Positions 45,587 to 53,964 of a stretch of 64,000 bases of DNA are shown piece after piece (the first letter of the stretch is position 1; each line of letters opens with the position of its first letter). A model generated the notes under the pieces. It saw only the letters and a list, made by a program, of their open reading frames with translations. It ran no database searches and was not told the origin of the DNA. Source of the DNA: a virus (Duplodnaviria; Caudoviricetes). The position numbers were made by a program, and so were the translations under genes. The DNA lies in the IMG/VR virus record IMGVR_UViG_3300042881_004206; one strand, 5' to 3'.

Positions 45587-45847
45587 ATGAATTCAAAAGA
45601 AATTCAAGCCCATATTTGTGAATGGGCTCGTGGTCATAATTTCACCGCACCATATGGTGTATTAGACGGTGAATTTACCAACCAAAAGGGACGGAAATAC
45701 CTTTCGGTTACCTTTGGTCGTGCCCGTACACTGGACGCCACGGTTGAAATCTATAATCGGAATTTCATGGTACTACGGACTTCCCGTTATGATACCGAAG
45801 TATTCAAGGATTTTCCGTCATTAATGGCAAAACTGGAGACCCTGTGA
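45587..45847 (+). CDS. Hypothetical protein
   Basis: 86-aa ORF in operon. Confidence 0.6.
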   Translation: MNSKEIQAHICEWARGHNFTAPYGVLDGEFTNQKGRKYLSVTFGRARTLDATVEIYNRNFMVLRTSRYDTEVFKDFPSLMAKLETL

Positions 45848-46062
45848 TTTATAAACGCAATTTGGCCTATTTGGCCGAAGATTATGACCTAGATTATGAT
45901 GATTTTGTGAAATATTGTTTTGCAAATTATCCACAATCGGTATGGCAAGTATATGACGGAATCAAGTATTGCCATGAGGCTTGTGCCGAATATCTGGTAA
46001 AAGAATACAAGGAATTCAAACGATTGGTATACCAGTATAATATACCACTTGAAACGGCTTGA
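45844..46062 (+). CDS. Hypothetical protein
   Basis: GTG start after GGAG, coupled to upstream stop. Confidence 0.55.
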   Translation: MIYKRNLAYLAEDYDLDYDDFVKYCFANYPQSVWQVYDGIKYCHEACAEYLVKEYKEFKRLVYQYNIPLETA

Positions 46063-46086
46063 CAAAACAGGAAAATGGTCTATACT
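46059..46086 (+). promoter_or_regulatory. sigma70-type promoter
   Basis: TTGACA-16-TATACT. Confidence 0.75.
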
Positions 46087-46113
46087 CTCGGTGTAGCCAT
46101 TTGAGAATATATT

Positions 46114-46308
46114 ATGGAATTTAAATTTACCGATATTGAATTGGTTCAGTTTGCTGAGGTATTGAAACATTTTGATCCAAAAAGTACCTTTGCAATTTAT
46201 ATGGGGCGGTCTCCACAAGATACCGCATCCTATAAACAGGAACAGGTGGAACAATTTATGGACATTTTTAAAACTGAATATAACTCCAGAATTCAAAATA
46301 AATTCTAA
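46114..46308 (+). CDS. Hypothetical protein
   Basis: Downstream of promoter. Confidence 0.55.
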   Translation: MEFKFTDIELVQFAEVLKHFDPKSTFAIYMGRSPQDTASYKQEQVEQFMDIFKTEYNSRIQNKF

Positions 46309-46309
46309 T

Positions 46310-46468
46310 ATGAAAAACATTGCTCGTATGTTGGAATCATTTGAGAATGATACCAATAAAATCAAAAATACTCCAAAACAACATAAACAAAATACTCGAA
46401 AGCCTATTAAACCTAGACAGGCATTTAAACTAGCTTCGCGTCAAAAATCTAGAAACTCCGAGTATTAA
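46310..46468 (+). CDS. Small basic hypothetical protein
   Basis: Start re-called at ATG 46310. Confidence 0.45.
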   Translation: MKNIARMLESFENDTNKIKNTPKQHKQNTRKPIKPRQAFKLASRQKSRNSEY

Positions 46469-46469
46469 T

Positions 46470-46568
46470 ATGAAAACTGAAGAAATATTTTCTTCTATTG
46501 TTTGTGTGGTCATAGCATTACTTGCTATAGCCTTATTGTTGAATGTTATTTTTATCAGTATTACTTAA
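46470..46568 (+). CDS. 32-aa membrane peptide
   Basis: Manual translation MKTEEIFSSIVCVVIALLAIALLLNVIFISIT. Confidence 0.4.
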   Translation: MKTEEIFSSIVCVVIALLAIALLLNVIFISIT

Positions 46569-46916
46569 ATGATCCGTGCACCATTTTACGCACAATTATA
46601 TCCAATTCTATATGAAAAGACCTTAGGGTATGGTTATACCTTGGCCCTCCATGGTACTCTCCAAAGGGATTTGGATGTTATTGCTGTACCATGGGAAGAA
46701 AATGTAAGTGAACCAATACATTTAATCCGTGCATTGGAAAAAGTATCTGGTGGGCATTGTGTGCCTAGAATCGATAGGAATGGTCTGGTGATTGGTCCAT
46801 ACGATCCTCTACCAAAACCACACGGTCGGTTGGCATGGATTATTGCACTCTCCAACGCTGGTCCTAACGGTCCATACATCGATATTTCTGTTGCACCAAA
46901 ACAACAAAATAGTTGA
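46569..46916 (+). CDS. Hypothetical protein
   Basis: GY.LALHG.L.RDLD.IAVPW ... KPHGRLAW motif. Confidence 0.7.
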   Translation: MIRAPFYAQLYPILYEKTLGYGYTLALHGTLQRDLDVIAVPWEENVSEPIHLIRALEKVSGGHCVPRIDRNGLVIGPYDPLPKPHGRLAWIIALSNAGPNGPYIDISVAPKQQNS

Positions 46917-46960
46917 CCGGTTTGGTCGACATTTGCCATTTCCGCGGATGCCTGTATACT
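46890..46960 (+). promoter_or_regulatory. GTTG-N8-CAAC box, GACC-N5-GGTC palindrome and sigma70 promoter
   Basis: GTTGCACCAAAACAAC; GTTGACC-GGTTT-GGTCGAC; TTGCCA-16-TATACT. Confidence 0.7.
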
Positions 46961-46987
46961 GCGAAGCATAGTAACTAAGGAATGCAA

Positions 46988-47632
46988 ATGGTCAAGCTCT
47001 CTACCACATCCAAGCTCGGTACCAAGTCCTGGTCCCTCCAGGCGTTTGATACCTGCCCTGGTTCACGCAATAAGGACGGATCCGTGGTCCCGGCATGCCA
47101 GGGTTGCTATGCGCGTGGTGGTTTCTACCGATTCGGTGCCGCCAAGCAAGTCCGTGCAGCCAATTTTGACGATTGGAAGCGATTCTCTTGGACCGAAGAT
47201 ATGATTAATGCATTATCCAAGCAAACCCATTTCCGTTGGTTTGATTCTGGCGATATGTATTCTCTGGAATTGGCTGAAAAGATTTATGTGGTAATGGCCT
47301 GCACGCCTCATGTTAAGCACTGGCTGCCTACCCGTATGGCCAAATTTGCCAAGTTTCAATCTATCATTAATCGCATGAAAACCCTACCTAATGTAATGGT
47401 GCGTTTTTCATCCGATTCTGTAAACGGTGAATTTACTCCTGGCGTCCATGGTTCTACCATTGTGCCCTCTGCTGATACTGCACCAGAAAATACCTTTGTT
47501 TGTGGTGCATATACCCGTGGCGGTAAGTGTGGTGATTGCCGTGCTTGCTATGACAAAAATATCGATGTTATTGCTTACCCTGCTCATGGCGCAACCATGA
47601 AAAAGGTTATCCGTCTGGCTGTTTCTCATTAA
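46988..47632 (+). CDS. Phage gp88-like Cys-rich (radical-SAM-like) protein
   Basis: LS.TSKL..WSL.A..TCPG, CQGCYA, FRWFDSGD, HWLPTR, CGDCRAC. Confidence 0.75.
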   Translation: MVKLSTTSKLGTKSWSLQAFDTCPGSRNKDGSVVPACQGCYARGGFYRFGAAKQVRAANFDDWKRFSWTEDMINALSKQTHFRWFDSGDMYSLELAEKIYVVMACTPHVKHWLPTRMAKFAKFQSIINRMKTLPNVMVRFSSDSVNGEFTPGVHGSTIVPSADTAPENTFVCGAYTRGGKCGDCRACYDKNIDVIAYPAHGATMKKVIRLAVSH

Positions 47633-47646
47633 TAGGAGAGTTTCAA

Positions 47647-47898
47647 ATGTCCCGTATGTCCGATATTAACCTGTCCATCCGTGAATATCTTATGGATGGT
47701 GAGTATAGTAACCGTGAAATTGCTGAAAGGCTGAATATCCCAATCGAATGGGTTAATGCGGTGGAGGAAGATATGGGTTTCACCGATGATTATTATGATG
47801 ATTCTATGGATGGCGACCATGCATCAGCCTTGGCCTCGGTGGGTTGGGGTACGGATGAGGATTATGTAGCCGATAATGATTTTTTTGACGATTTCTAA
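47647..47898 (+). CDS. Acidic hypothetical protein
   Basis: HTH-like EIAERLNIPIEWV; DDSMDGDHASALASVGWGTDEDY motif. Confidence 0.7.
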   Translation: MSRMSDINLSIREYLMDGEYSNREIAERLNIPIEWVNAVEEDMGFTDDYYDDSMDGDHASALASVGWGTDEDYVADNDFFDDF

Positions 47899-47900
47899 CC

Positions 47901-48035
47901 ATGAAGATTATAGTACCAGTCCAGAAACCAGTATGCCGAACACCGATTAAACCGGTGGTCCGTCATAAACTGGAAAACAAGTATCAGCGGAAACCTAAAC
48001 ACCGCAAAGCGTTGTTTCCATACAACAATACTTGA
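47901..48035 (+). CDS. 44-aa basic peptide
   Basis: Manual translation MKIIVPVQKPVCRTPIKPVVRHKLENKYQRKPKHRKALFPYNNT; Y.RK.KH motif. Confidence 0.5.
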   Translation: MKIIVPVQKPVCRTPIKPVVRHKLENKYQRKPKHRKALFPYNNT

Positions 48036-48082
48036 CCGGATTGGTACATTACCATTGACATTTGCCCGGAAACCTGTATAAT
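48011..48082 (+). promoter_or_regulatory. GTTG-N8-CAAC box plus sigma70 promoter
   Basis: GTTGTTTCCATACAAC; TTGACA-16-TATAAT. Confidence 0.8.
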
Positions 48083-48115
48083 AGTCTCTATTGACAATCG
48101 AAAAGGAATTTTGTA

Positions 48116-48658
48116 ATGCTTGACAGTTTCACTTTCAATACCCACAAACCTACCGTGTCCGCGCTGTATCTGGTCGACCGTGGTGCCCAAGGTCGATGGT
48201 ATCGATGGTATAATGCACAAACCGACCAATGGGGTCGCTGTGGTATTGATATGGATGAGGCAGTCCAAAACAAGGACAAAACCGCATTGGATTTTTTCCC
48301 GTGGGTCGGTCCTCTTACTGGTCCCAATTTTGCAACCAATAAGCCTGTGGCTGAAGTAACCGATACTCCTACGCCTGCAACCAAGGCACCCAAGGTCAAG
48401 CAACCTGCTAAGAAAATGGCAAAGCGTGGCGCGTCCCTGGTGGTCTCCAAGGTCGGGAATGTCACGGTTGGTTCTATCGTGAAGCCTAGTGGTAAGGTGG
48501 TGCATCCTGACGGTACGGTGTGGTTCCGTGCTGACCGTCAAAAATGGGTCGCTATGTGGAATGGTAAGCAAGAAGCTGCACGGCCTACTGCTGATGCTTG
48601 TTTGAAGTTTCTTGCCAAGAAATATGGTGTTACTGGTACTGTTATCCCTAAGGAATAA
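48116..48658 (+). CDS. Early protein with possible C-terminal AP2/Arm-like DNA-binding domain
   Basis: AAGGA RBS, strong promoter; GTVWFRADRQKWVAMWNGK. Confidence 0.6.
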   Translation: MLDSFTFNTHKPTVSALYLVDRGAQGRWYRWYNAQTDQWGRCGIDMDEAVQNKDKTALDFFPWVGPLTGPNFATNKPVAEVTDTPTPATKAPKVKQPAKKMAKRGASLVVSKVGNVTVGSIVKPSGKVVHPDGTVWFRADRQKWVAMWNGKQEAARPTADACLKFLAKKYGVTGTVIPKE

Positions 48659-48660
48659 TC

Positions 48661-48912
48661 ATGCGTACAAAGCGAATCGTATTTGGTCTCGATAATAGCC
48701 AAAAAATCCGCCTCATGGTGAATGATTTTGGTATGTTCTGCAAAGTCCAAGATGTTGAGAATATCTGTACCAGGGAACACCGTGTACCCGTATGGATAGC
48801 CCTGGAAAGGCTAGGTAACGAAAACTTTGTCAATAAGAAACTGCACCAACCTCTAATCACAGGTTATGCCAGCACTATTGATGGTGTTAATGTTCAGGTA
48901 GATTTGGTTTAA
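48661..48912 (+). CDS. Hypothetical protein
   Basis: AAGGA RBS. Confidence 0.6.
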   Translation: MRTKRIVFGLDNSQKIRLMVNDFGMFCKVQDVENICTREHRVPVWIALERLGNENFVNKKLHQPLITGYASTIDGVNVQVDLV

Positions 48913-48931
48913 TATAAGAGAGGTTGAAATT

Positions 48932-49390
48932 ATGGGACTCGATATGTATTTCAGAGGCAGTCGATATATCAGCAATTTCGATTTTACGCCTGTTGATAAG
49001 CCTATTAATGCTGAAATCAAAAAGGCTCTTGGCCTGACCAATTATGATGGTGAGGATAATTCCGTTGAGGTGACGGTGAATCTTGGTTACTGGCGCAAGG
49101 CAAACCAGATTCATAAATGGTTTGTCGATAATGTGCAAGGTGGTACTGATGATTGCCGTGATGCATATATTGATCGTCTACAAATGGGAAAACTCCGTGA
49201 CCTGTGCGAGAAAGCATTGGAAACTCGGGATGTTACCCTTTTCCCTCCACAATCTGGTTTCTTTTTCGGTCCCACCGATATTGATGAGTATTATTGGGAA
49301 GATATTGCTTATACCAAGAATCTAATGGACAAACTATTGAGTGATGAACAGCTCAACAAATTCGAATTTTTCTATCATTCTTCATGGTGA
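48932..49390 (+). CDS. Conserved phage hypothetical protein
   Basis: MGLDMY, YWRKANQIH.WF, GFFFG, Y.SSW. Confidence 0.8.
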   Translation: MGLDMYFRGSRYISNFDFTPVDKPINAEIKKALGLTNYDGEDNSVEVTVNLGYWRKANQIHKWFVDNVQGGTDDCRDAYIDRLQMGKLRDLCEKALETRDVTLFPPQSGFFFGPTDIDEYYWEDIAYTKNLMDKLLSDEQLNKFEFFYHSSW

Positions 49391-49393
49391 TAT

Positions 49394-49744
49394 ATGGCAC
49401 AGCAAATTGTAATTAATCGTTGTTATGGTGGTTTTGGCTTGTCGCATGAAGCAGTAATGCGTTATGCCGAATTGAAAGGTATTAACCTTGTATTTCAAAA
49501 GAAAGATGTTTTCGATTTAGTTCATTATTATAAAGATGAAATCAAACAAGAAAACTATTTCTCCGACCGTGATATTGAACGGACTGATTCTGCATTGGTT
49601 CAGGTCGTGCAGGAAATGGGTGACAAAGCCAGTGGTCCACATTCTCGGTTGGGTGTGGTAGAAATTCCTGATGGTATTGATTATACTATTGAGGAATATG
49701 ATGGTTCAGAATGGGTGGCAGAAGTACACCAAACTTGGAGGTAA
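49394..49744 (+). CDS. Conserved phage hypothetical protein
   Basis: IVIN.CYGGFGLS..A, R.D..LV.VV, IEEYDG.E. Confidence 0.8.
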   Translation: MAQQIVINRCYGGFGLSHEAVMRYAELKGINLVFQKKDVFDLVHYYKDEIKQENYFSDRDIERTDSALVQVVQEMGDKASGPHSRLGVVEIPDGIDYTIEEYDGSEWVAEVHQTWR

Positions 49745-49745
49745 T

Positions 49746-50195
49746 ATGGATTTTAAAGATTTTACTGTTAATTTTCATAATGTGGCCACAAATAAGGAGT
49801 TTTCTTCTGTCACTCGGTTATTGGCAACCGATTTGATGCGTAATCCATATTTGAGTGTTGGGGATTTTTTCAAGAACCTTTCCGATTCTGATTTACAGAT
49901 TCTATCCGATATAGCTGATACAGTTTTCACACACTTTAGTGATGAAGAATCACAAGCAGACAATAAAGCAAATAACAATATCAATGAATGTGTTATGTTG
50001 ACAATGCTATTGTCTGGTGCTGAAGGATTGGATTCGATTCCTGATATTGATATTATTCGAAAAAGAGTATCACAATTGATTATGTTTGTCAGTTGTGAAT
50101 CGTTGCACCGAAAAGGATTGGTTAAACTGCACCACCACAATCTTTCTTTTGGTGAAGATTCTGACGATAAGATTGTAGTCGAAAGAATCGTTTAA
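49746..50195 (+). CDS. Hypothetical protein
   Basis: GGAGG RBS before ATG 49746. Confidence 0.65.
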   Translation: MDFKDFTVNFHNVATNKEFSSVTRLLATDLMRNPYLSVGDFFKNLSDSDLQILSDIADTVFTHFSDEESQADNKANNNINECVMLTMLLSGAEGLDSIPDIDIIRKRVSQLIMFVSCESLHRKGLVKLHHHNLSFGEDSDDKIVVERIV

Positions 50196-50196
50196 T

Positions 50197-50352
50197 ATGT
50201 TAATAATGTTTTTATTTTTGATGCTAACTGGTTTGGCTTTGTTAGTATCAATTGAAGATTTCAAATACGGTAATAATAAATCTGGATGGTTTTGTTTATT
50301 TTTGTCCGCATTTAATTTTACAAATTTTGTAAACATTGTATACAATTATTGA
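50197..50352 (+). CDS. 51-aa membrane protein
   Basis: Manual translation, two hydrophobic segments. Confidence 0.4.
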   Translation: MLIMFLFLMLTGLALLVSIEDFKYGNNKSGWFCLFLSAFNFTNFVNIVYNY

Positions 50353-50356
50353 AAGT

Positions 50357-50438
50357 GTTGTTTTTATACAACGAATAGTCGACCGCAATGGTCGACTTTT
50401 TTCATTCCGCTTGCCATTTTCCGTCCATCCGCTACAAT
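50357..50438 (+). promoter_or_regulatory. GTTG-N8-CAAC box, GACC-N5-GGTC palindrome and sigma70 promoter
   Basis: GTTGTTTTTATACAAC; GTCGACC-GCAAT-GGTCGAC; TTGCCA-16-TACAAT. Confidence 0.75.
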
Positions 50439-50468
50439 CCATTTATTCACTCAACAAAGCACAGCACT

Positions 50469-51356
50469 ATGACCCAAGTTACTTTCGTTAACGGCAAATA
50501 CCAGGCTCTTATCAACGGCAAGATTGTCAAGCGTGCCAGTCGCGCTCATATGGATTATGTTTTGCGCAAGGCCGGTTTGTCCGCCAAAACCGCGGATGTT
50601 AAGGAGCCTTCCCGTGAGTCCCGCTTTTCTATCAATGAACGCTTTGGTTTCGTTACCGATATGGTGACCATGCTCGCCAATGGTGCACAATCGTCCGTGG
50701 TTATCACTGGTCCTGGTGGTCTTGGCAAGTCCTATACGGTGTCCAAGACTCTGGAGAATGGTGGTTTCAAGGATGTTACCACCGTGGACGCCCTTGAGGT
50801 TGGTTTCCGTATCAATCACCACAAGTCCTTCCGTGTTATCAAAGGTTACTCCACGCCGAAAGGTTTGTATCGTTTGCTGTGGGAAAACCGTGACGGTGTT
50901 TTGGTGTTTGATGATTGCGATTCCGTACTCAAGGATCCAGTTTCCCTTAATCTGTTGAAAGGTGCTCTTGATTCTTATTCTCGCCGTATTATTTCATGGC
51001 GTGCGGATATTCGTGATGATGACCTGCCTACTTCCTTCGAATTTAAGGGCCGTGTTGTTTTCATCTCCAATTTGTCCTCTTCCCAGATTGACCAGGCCAT
51101 TATCACGCGCTCGATGGCTGTTGACCTGTCCATGACTACTGCTCAAAAGATTGAGCGTATGCGGTTCATTATGGATTCTGATGAGTTTATGCCTGAATTC
51201 AGCAAGCAACATAAGGTAGATGCTCTTAATCTTATCGACCAACTCAAGGATACGGTCAAGGAATTGTCGCTGCGTACTCTGATTCAGGTTACAAATATCC
51301 GCGCTAATGCAGGTGCCAACTGGCGTAATCTTGCTGAGTATACTATTTGTGGTTGA
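50469..51356 (+). CDS. AAA+ ATPase
   Basis: ITGPGGLGKS Walker A, LVFDDCD Walker B, F.FKG.V.FISN, SR; start re-called at ATG 50469. Confidence 0.85.
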   Translation: MTQVTFVNGKYQALINGKIVKRASRAHMDYVLRKAGLSAKTADVKEPSRESRFSINERFGFVTDMVTMLANGAQSSVVITGPGGLGKSYTVSKTLENGGFKDVTTVDALEVGFRINHHKSFRVIKGYSTPKGLYRLLWENRDGVLVFDDCDSVLKDPVSLNLLKGALDSYSRRIISWRADIRDDDLPTSFEFKGRVVFISNLSSSQIDQAIITRSMAVDLSMTTAQKIERMRFIMDSDEFMPEFSKQHKVDALNLIDQLKDTVKELSLRTLIQVTNIRANAGANWRNLAEYTICG

Positions 51357-51367
51357 TGAGGTAAATT

Positions 51368-51610
51368 ATGAAAACAATTATTGTTAAATCCAGTTATGGT
51401 GATGTTATGTCATTTGTACCCGTGAGTGGGAATATCTATAAGTTTGGTAGTGAAATTCTATATTGCCGATTTGGTGGTAATGATATGAAGGATTTAGAGT
51501 TTTTCGATCCCCCTGGCGGTCCATTTATTTCGGCGGGTTATTCGATTGATGGCCGTAAGGTAGTTCGTATTATGGCTGAAGAAGACGGAATCTATTTTGA
51601 GGTAGAATGA
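51368..51610 (+). CDS. Hypothetical protein
   Basis: FFDPPGGPFIS.G motif. Confidence 0.65.
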   Translation: MKTIIVKSSYGDVMSFVPVSGNIYKFGSEILYCRFGGNDMKDLEFFDPPGGPFISAGYSIDGRKVVRIMAEEDGIYFEVE

Positions 51611-52182
51611 TTTCTCTGAGAATTGCCGAAACACCCGAAGATAAGAGTATTGCTGATCAAATGGTCATACAGCACCATTCCTATGTGGCTTCGGCGAGAA
51701 CTGTAGGCCGCTGTATGAAATATATTATTTCTACTGCATATGAGGGAAAAGATATTGGCACCTTTTGGGTTGGTTCTGGTTTTAAACCTACGCCTAAATC
51801 TATTCTGAATCATTTTGGCATGAGTCAATCAGAATATGATGGAATATTCAATGAAGTTGCCGACAATAAACGATTCTGCATGGTCGAAAAGATTCCAAAC
51901 CTTGGCTCTCAGATATTAAAGGCCATACGCCGAAGGGTTAAAAAAGATTGGTATCAAAGATATGGTGACAATCTAAGGGCGATTATCACGACCATTGGTG
52001 GGAATAAGAGTGGCTCAGTATATCTTGCCGACAATTGGAAACAAATTGGTTATACTGCCGGGTTACCTGCCAATCGTAAGTCTGTGAGTATGAAATGGGA
52101 TGATAAGGATTCTATTGCTCAGAAGTATGTAAAACCCACAGGTGAAAACAAGAAAATTATATTAATTACGGAGAGAATATGA
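51607..52182 (+). CDS. DUF4338/Mom-like GNAT-fold protein
   Basis: HHSY..VGR.MKY, NKRF...PNLGS..L...R...DW..RYG, G.VY.ADNW..IG.TAG. Confidence 0.75.
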   Translation: MISLRIAETPEDKSIADQMVIQHHSYVASARTVGRCMKYIISTAYEGKDIGTFWVGSGFKPTPKSILNHFGMSQSEYDGIFNEVADNKRFCMVEKIPNLGSQILKAIRRRVKKDWYQRYGDNLRAIITTIGGNKSGSVYLADNWKQIGYTAGLPANRKSVSMKWDDKDSIAQKYVKPTGENKKIILITERI

Positions 52183-52406
52183 ATAAACTTTTCGATTTAT
52201 TGCAACAATCAGAAGTATCTATTACTCATGTAAAACATTTTAATGGACATATTGATATTGAAAAATTTGCTAAATTGATTGTTGAAGAATGCATTGATAT
52301 AATCAATAAAACACCGAATGGTTATCGCGACTATCGAAATCAAATTGAAGATGCTATGCGTAACGCCTGTGTAGATGATATTAAAGAACATTTTGGAGTT
52401 GAATAA
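52179..52406 (+). CDS. Hypothetical protein
   Basis: EKFAKLIVEEC..IKEHFGVE motif. Confidence 0.7.
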   Translation: MNKLFDLLQQSEVSITHVKHFNGHIDIEKFAKLIVEECIDIINKTPNGYRDYRNQIEDAMRNACVDDIKEHFGVE

Positions 52407-52576
52407 TGTTGATGAACCTAATTGTATATGGTATTCTTGGATACCTACTATCATCCATGGAAATTACCATAACAAAAGAACCTGCACTTTTCTTTTCTTT
52501 TCTTGCACTATTCATGCTCATAGATACTAAACCATGGGAACACTGGAACAAAGATGAAACAAACAATAAATCTTAA
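52406..52576 (+). CDS. 56-aa membrane protein
   Basis: Manual translation, TAATG coupling, two hydrophobic segments. Confidence 0.4.
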   Translation: MLMNLIVYGILGYLLSSMEITITKEPALFFSFLALFMLIDTKPWEHWNKDETNNKS

Positions 52577-52757
52577 CTATAATGATGTTCAACGAATTCT
52601 TTCAGTTATGGAAAAATTCAATGTTTATGATAAATCTGTGCAACTGGTACATGATAGTTGTGCTGTTGGTTATACAATTGATCTTCAATTTGAATATCTT
52701 CTGTGTGGTGAATTGGTCACTGTAACTGTACCTGTTGCAACATCGGAACATTGGTAA
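52554..52757 (+). CDS. Hypothetical protein
   Basis: 67-aa ORF. Confidence 0.55.
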   Translation: MKQTINLNYNDVQRILSVMEKFNVYDKSVQLVHDSCAVGYTIDLQFEYLLCGELVTVTVPVATSEHW

Positions 52758-52765
52758 TAATATAA

Positions 52766-52975
52766 ATGCGTTACTATGCATACATGGAATACGATGCTAA
52801 AGGTGATCACAAATTAACAGTATCTGAAGAAGACATTAAACAAATGTATTGGCCATATTGGTATGAAAATAAATGTGAAAAGTACGGCAAAGAATTGACA
52901 GATAAAATGTATACATTTGAACATTGTTTGAAAGATTGGATTCAATTATATTGGGCATGGCCAGTTAACAAATAA
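52766..52975 (+). CDS. Hypothetical protein
   Basis: YWPYW..C..C..DW...WAW motif. Confidence 0.6.
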   Translation: MRYYAYMEYDAKGDHKLTVSEEDIKQMYWPYWYENKCEKYGKELTDKMYTFEHCLKDWIQLYWAWPVNK

Positions 52976-52988
52976 GAGGAGACAAATT

Positions 52989-53360
52989 GTGCGAGAAGAT
53001 TTAGATAAACTGCTGTGCGAAAAATATCCAAAGATTTTTGCTGATCATTATAATTTTGAATGTGGTGATGGTTGGTTTGATTTGATTGATAATCTATGTT
53101 CATCAATTCAAAATCACATTGATTATAACCATGCACCACAGGTAGTTGTTGAACAAGTAAAAGAAAAGTTTGGCACTCTGCGATTTTATTATCGTGGTGG
53201 TGACGATATGATTTCAGGTATGGTTTGGCATGTTGAAAATCTAAGCGGTAAAACCTGTGAAGTATGTGGCGCACCAGGTAAAACCCGAGGCAAAGGTTGG
53301 TACTATACTGCTTGTGACAAACACGCTAGACCTGGTGATTTTAATGATGAGGTAAATTAA
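52989..53360 (+). CDS. Conserved phage protein with C-terminal CxxC
   Basis: CGDGWF.LI, QVKEKFGTLRFY, CEVCG..G..T.C..H. Confidence 0.8.
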   Translation: MREDLDKLLCEKYPKIFADHYNFECGDGWFDLIDNLCSSIQNHIDYNHAPQVVVEQVKEKFGTLRFYYRGGDDMISGMVWHVENLSGKTCEVCGAPGKTRGKGWYYTACDKHARPGDFNDEVN

Positions 53361-53956
53361 TGTTAGAAACAATTTCAGAACTATTTCAAGAAGCTTACAA
53401 ACGTAATTGGATTACTGCTCGTGATGGTAATGCATCTATTCGATGGCATGACCGTGACCATTTTTATGTAACACCAAGTGGTGTGAGGAAACAAACTCTG
53501 CAACCAGAAATGTTTAAGAAGATTTCATTGGATGGTGTTGATTTGCACTATACGGATATAAGCAAGAATCTGATGGCCAGTGGTGAATTGCCTATGCATA
53601 AAACATTGCAACAAAATATAAACACCGAGGTTCGTGTTGTGTTGCATTTTCATCCAACATATACTGTTGCAGCGATGTATAAGGGAATACAATTGCCAGA
53701 TTTGCTCAATGAATTTCCTGAATTGAGTAGATATACCAGTGTTGCACCTAATGTACCATTGCTTCCTCCTATTACGGAAGAATTGGCTGTTGCCTGTGTG
53801 GCAAATTTAGGTTACAATACCGAAACTGGTGCAGTAAAATATAACATTGTTGGTATGGATCGTCATGGTGTGGTTGCTGTAGATACTAGTCCATGGCGTG
53901 CATTTGAACACATTGAACGCCTTGAACATATTTGTAAAATTGTTCTTGCAAGTTAG
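53360..53956 (+). CDS. Class II aldolase/adducin family protein
   Basis: DGNAS.R, VTPSG..K, SGELPMH, VVLHFHP, HGVVA, E.LEH.CKI. Confidence 0.9.
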   Translation: MLETISELFQEAYKRNWITARDGNASIRWHDRDHFYVTPSGVRKQTLQPEMFKKISLDGVDLHYTDISKNLMASGELPMHKTLQQNINTEVRVVLHFHPTYTVAAMYKGIQLPDLLNEFPELSRYTSVAPNVPLLPPITEELAVACVANLGYNTETGAVKYNIVGMDRHGVVAVDTSPWRAFEHIERLEHICKIVLAS

Positions 53957-53964
53957 GTAACATT

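Noticed and set aside
46026-46046. GGTATA-N9-TATACC palindrome before the 46059 promoter as another regulon box
   Set aside because: Single occurrence with a different sequence and spacing; could be chance in AT-rich coding DNA
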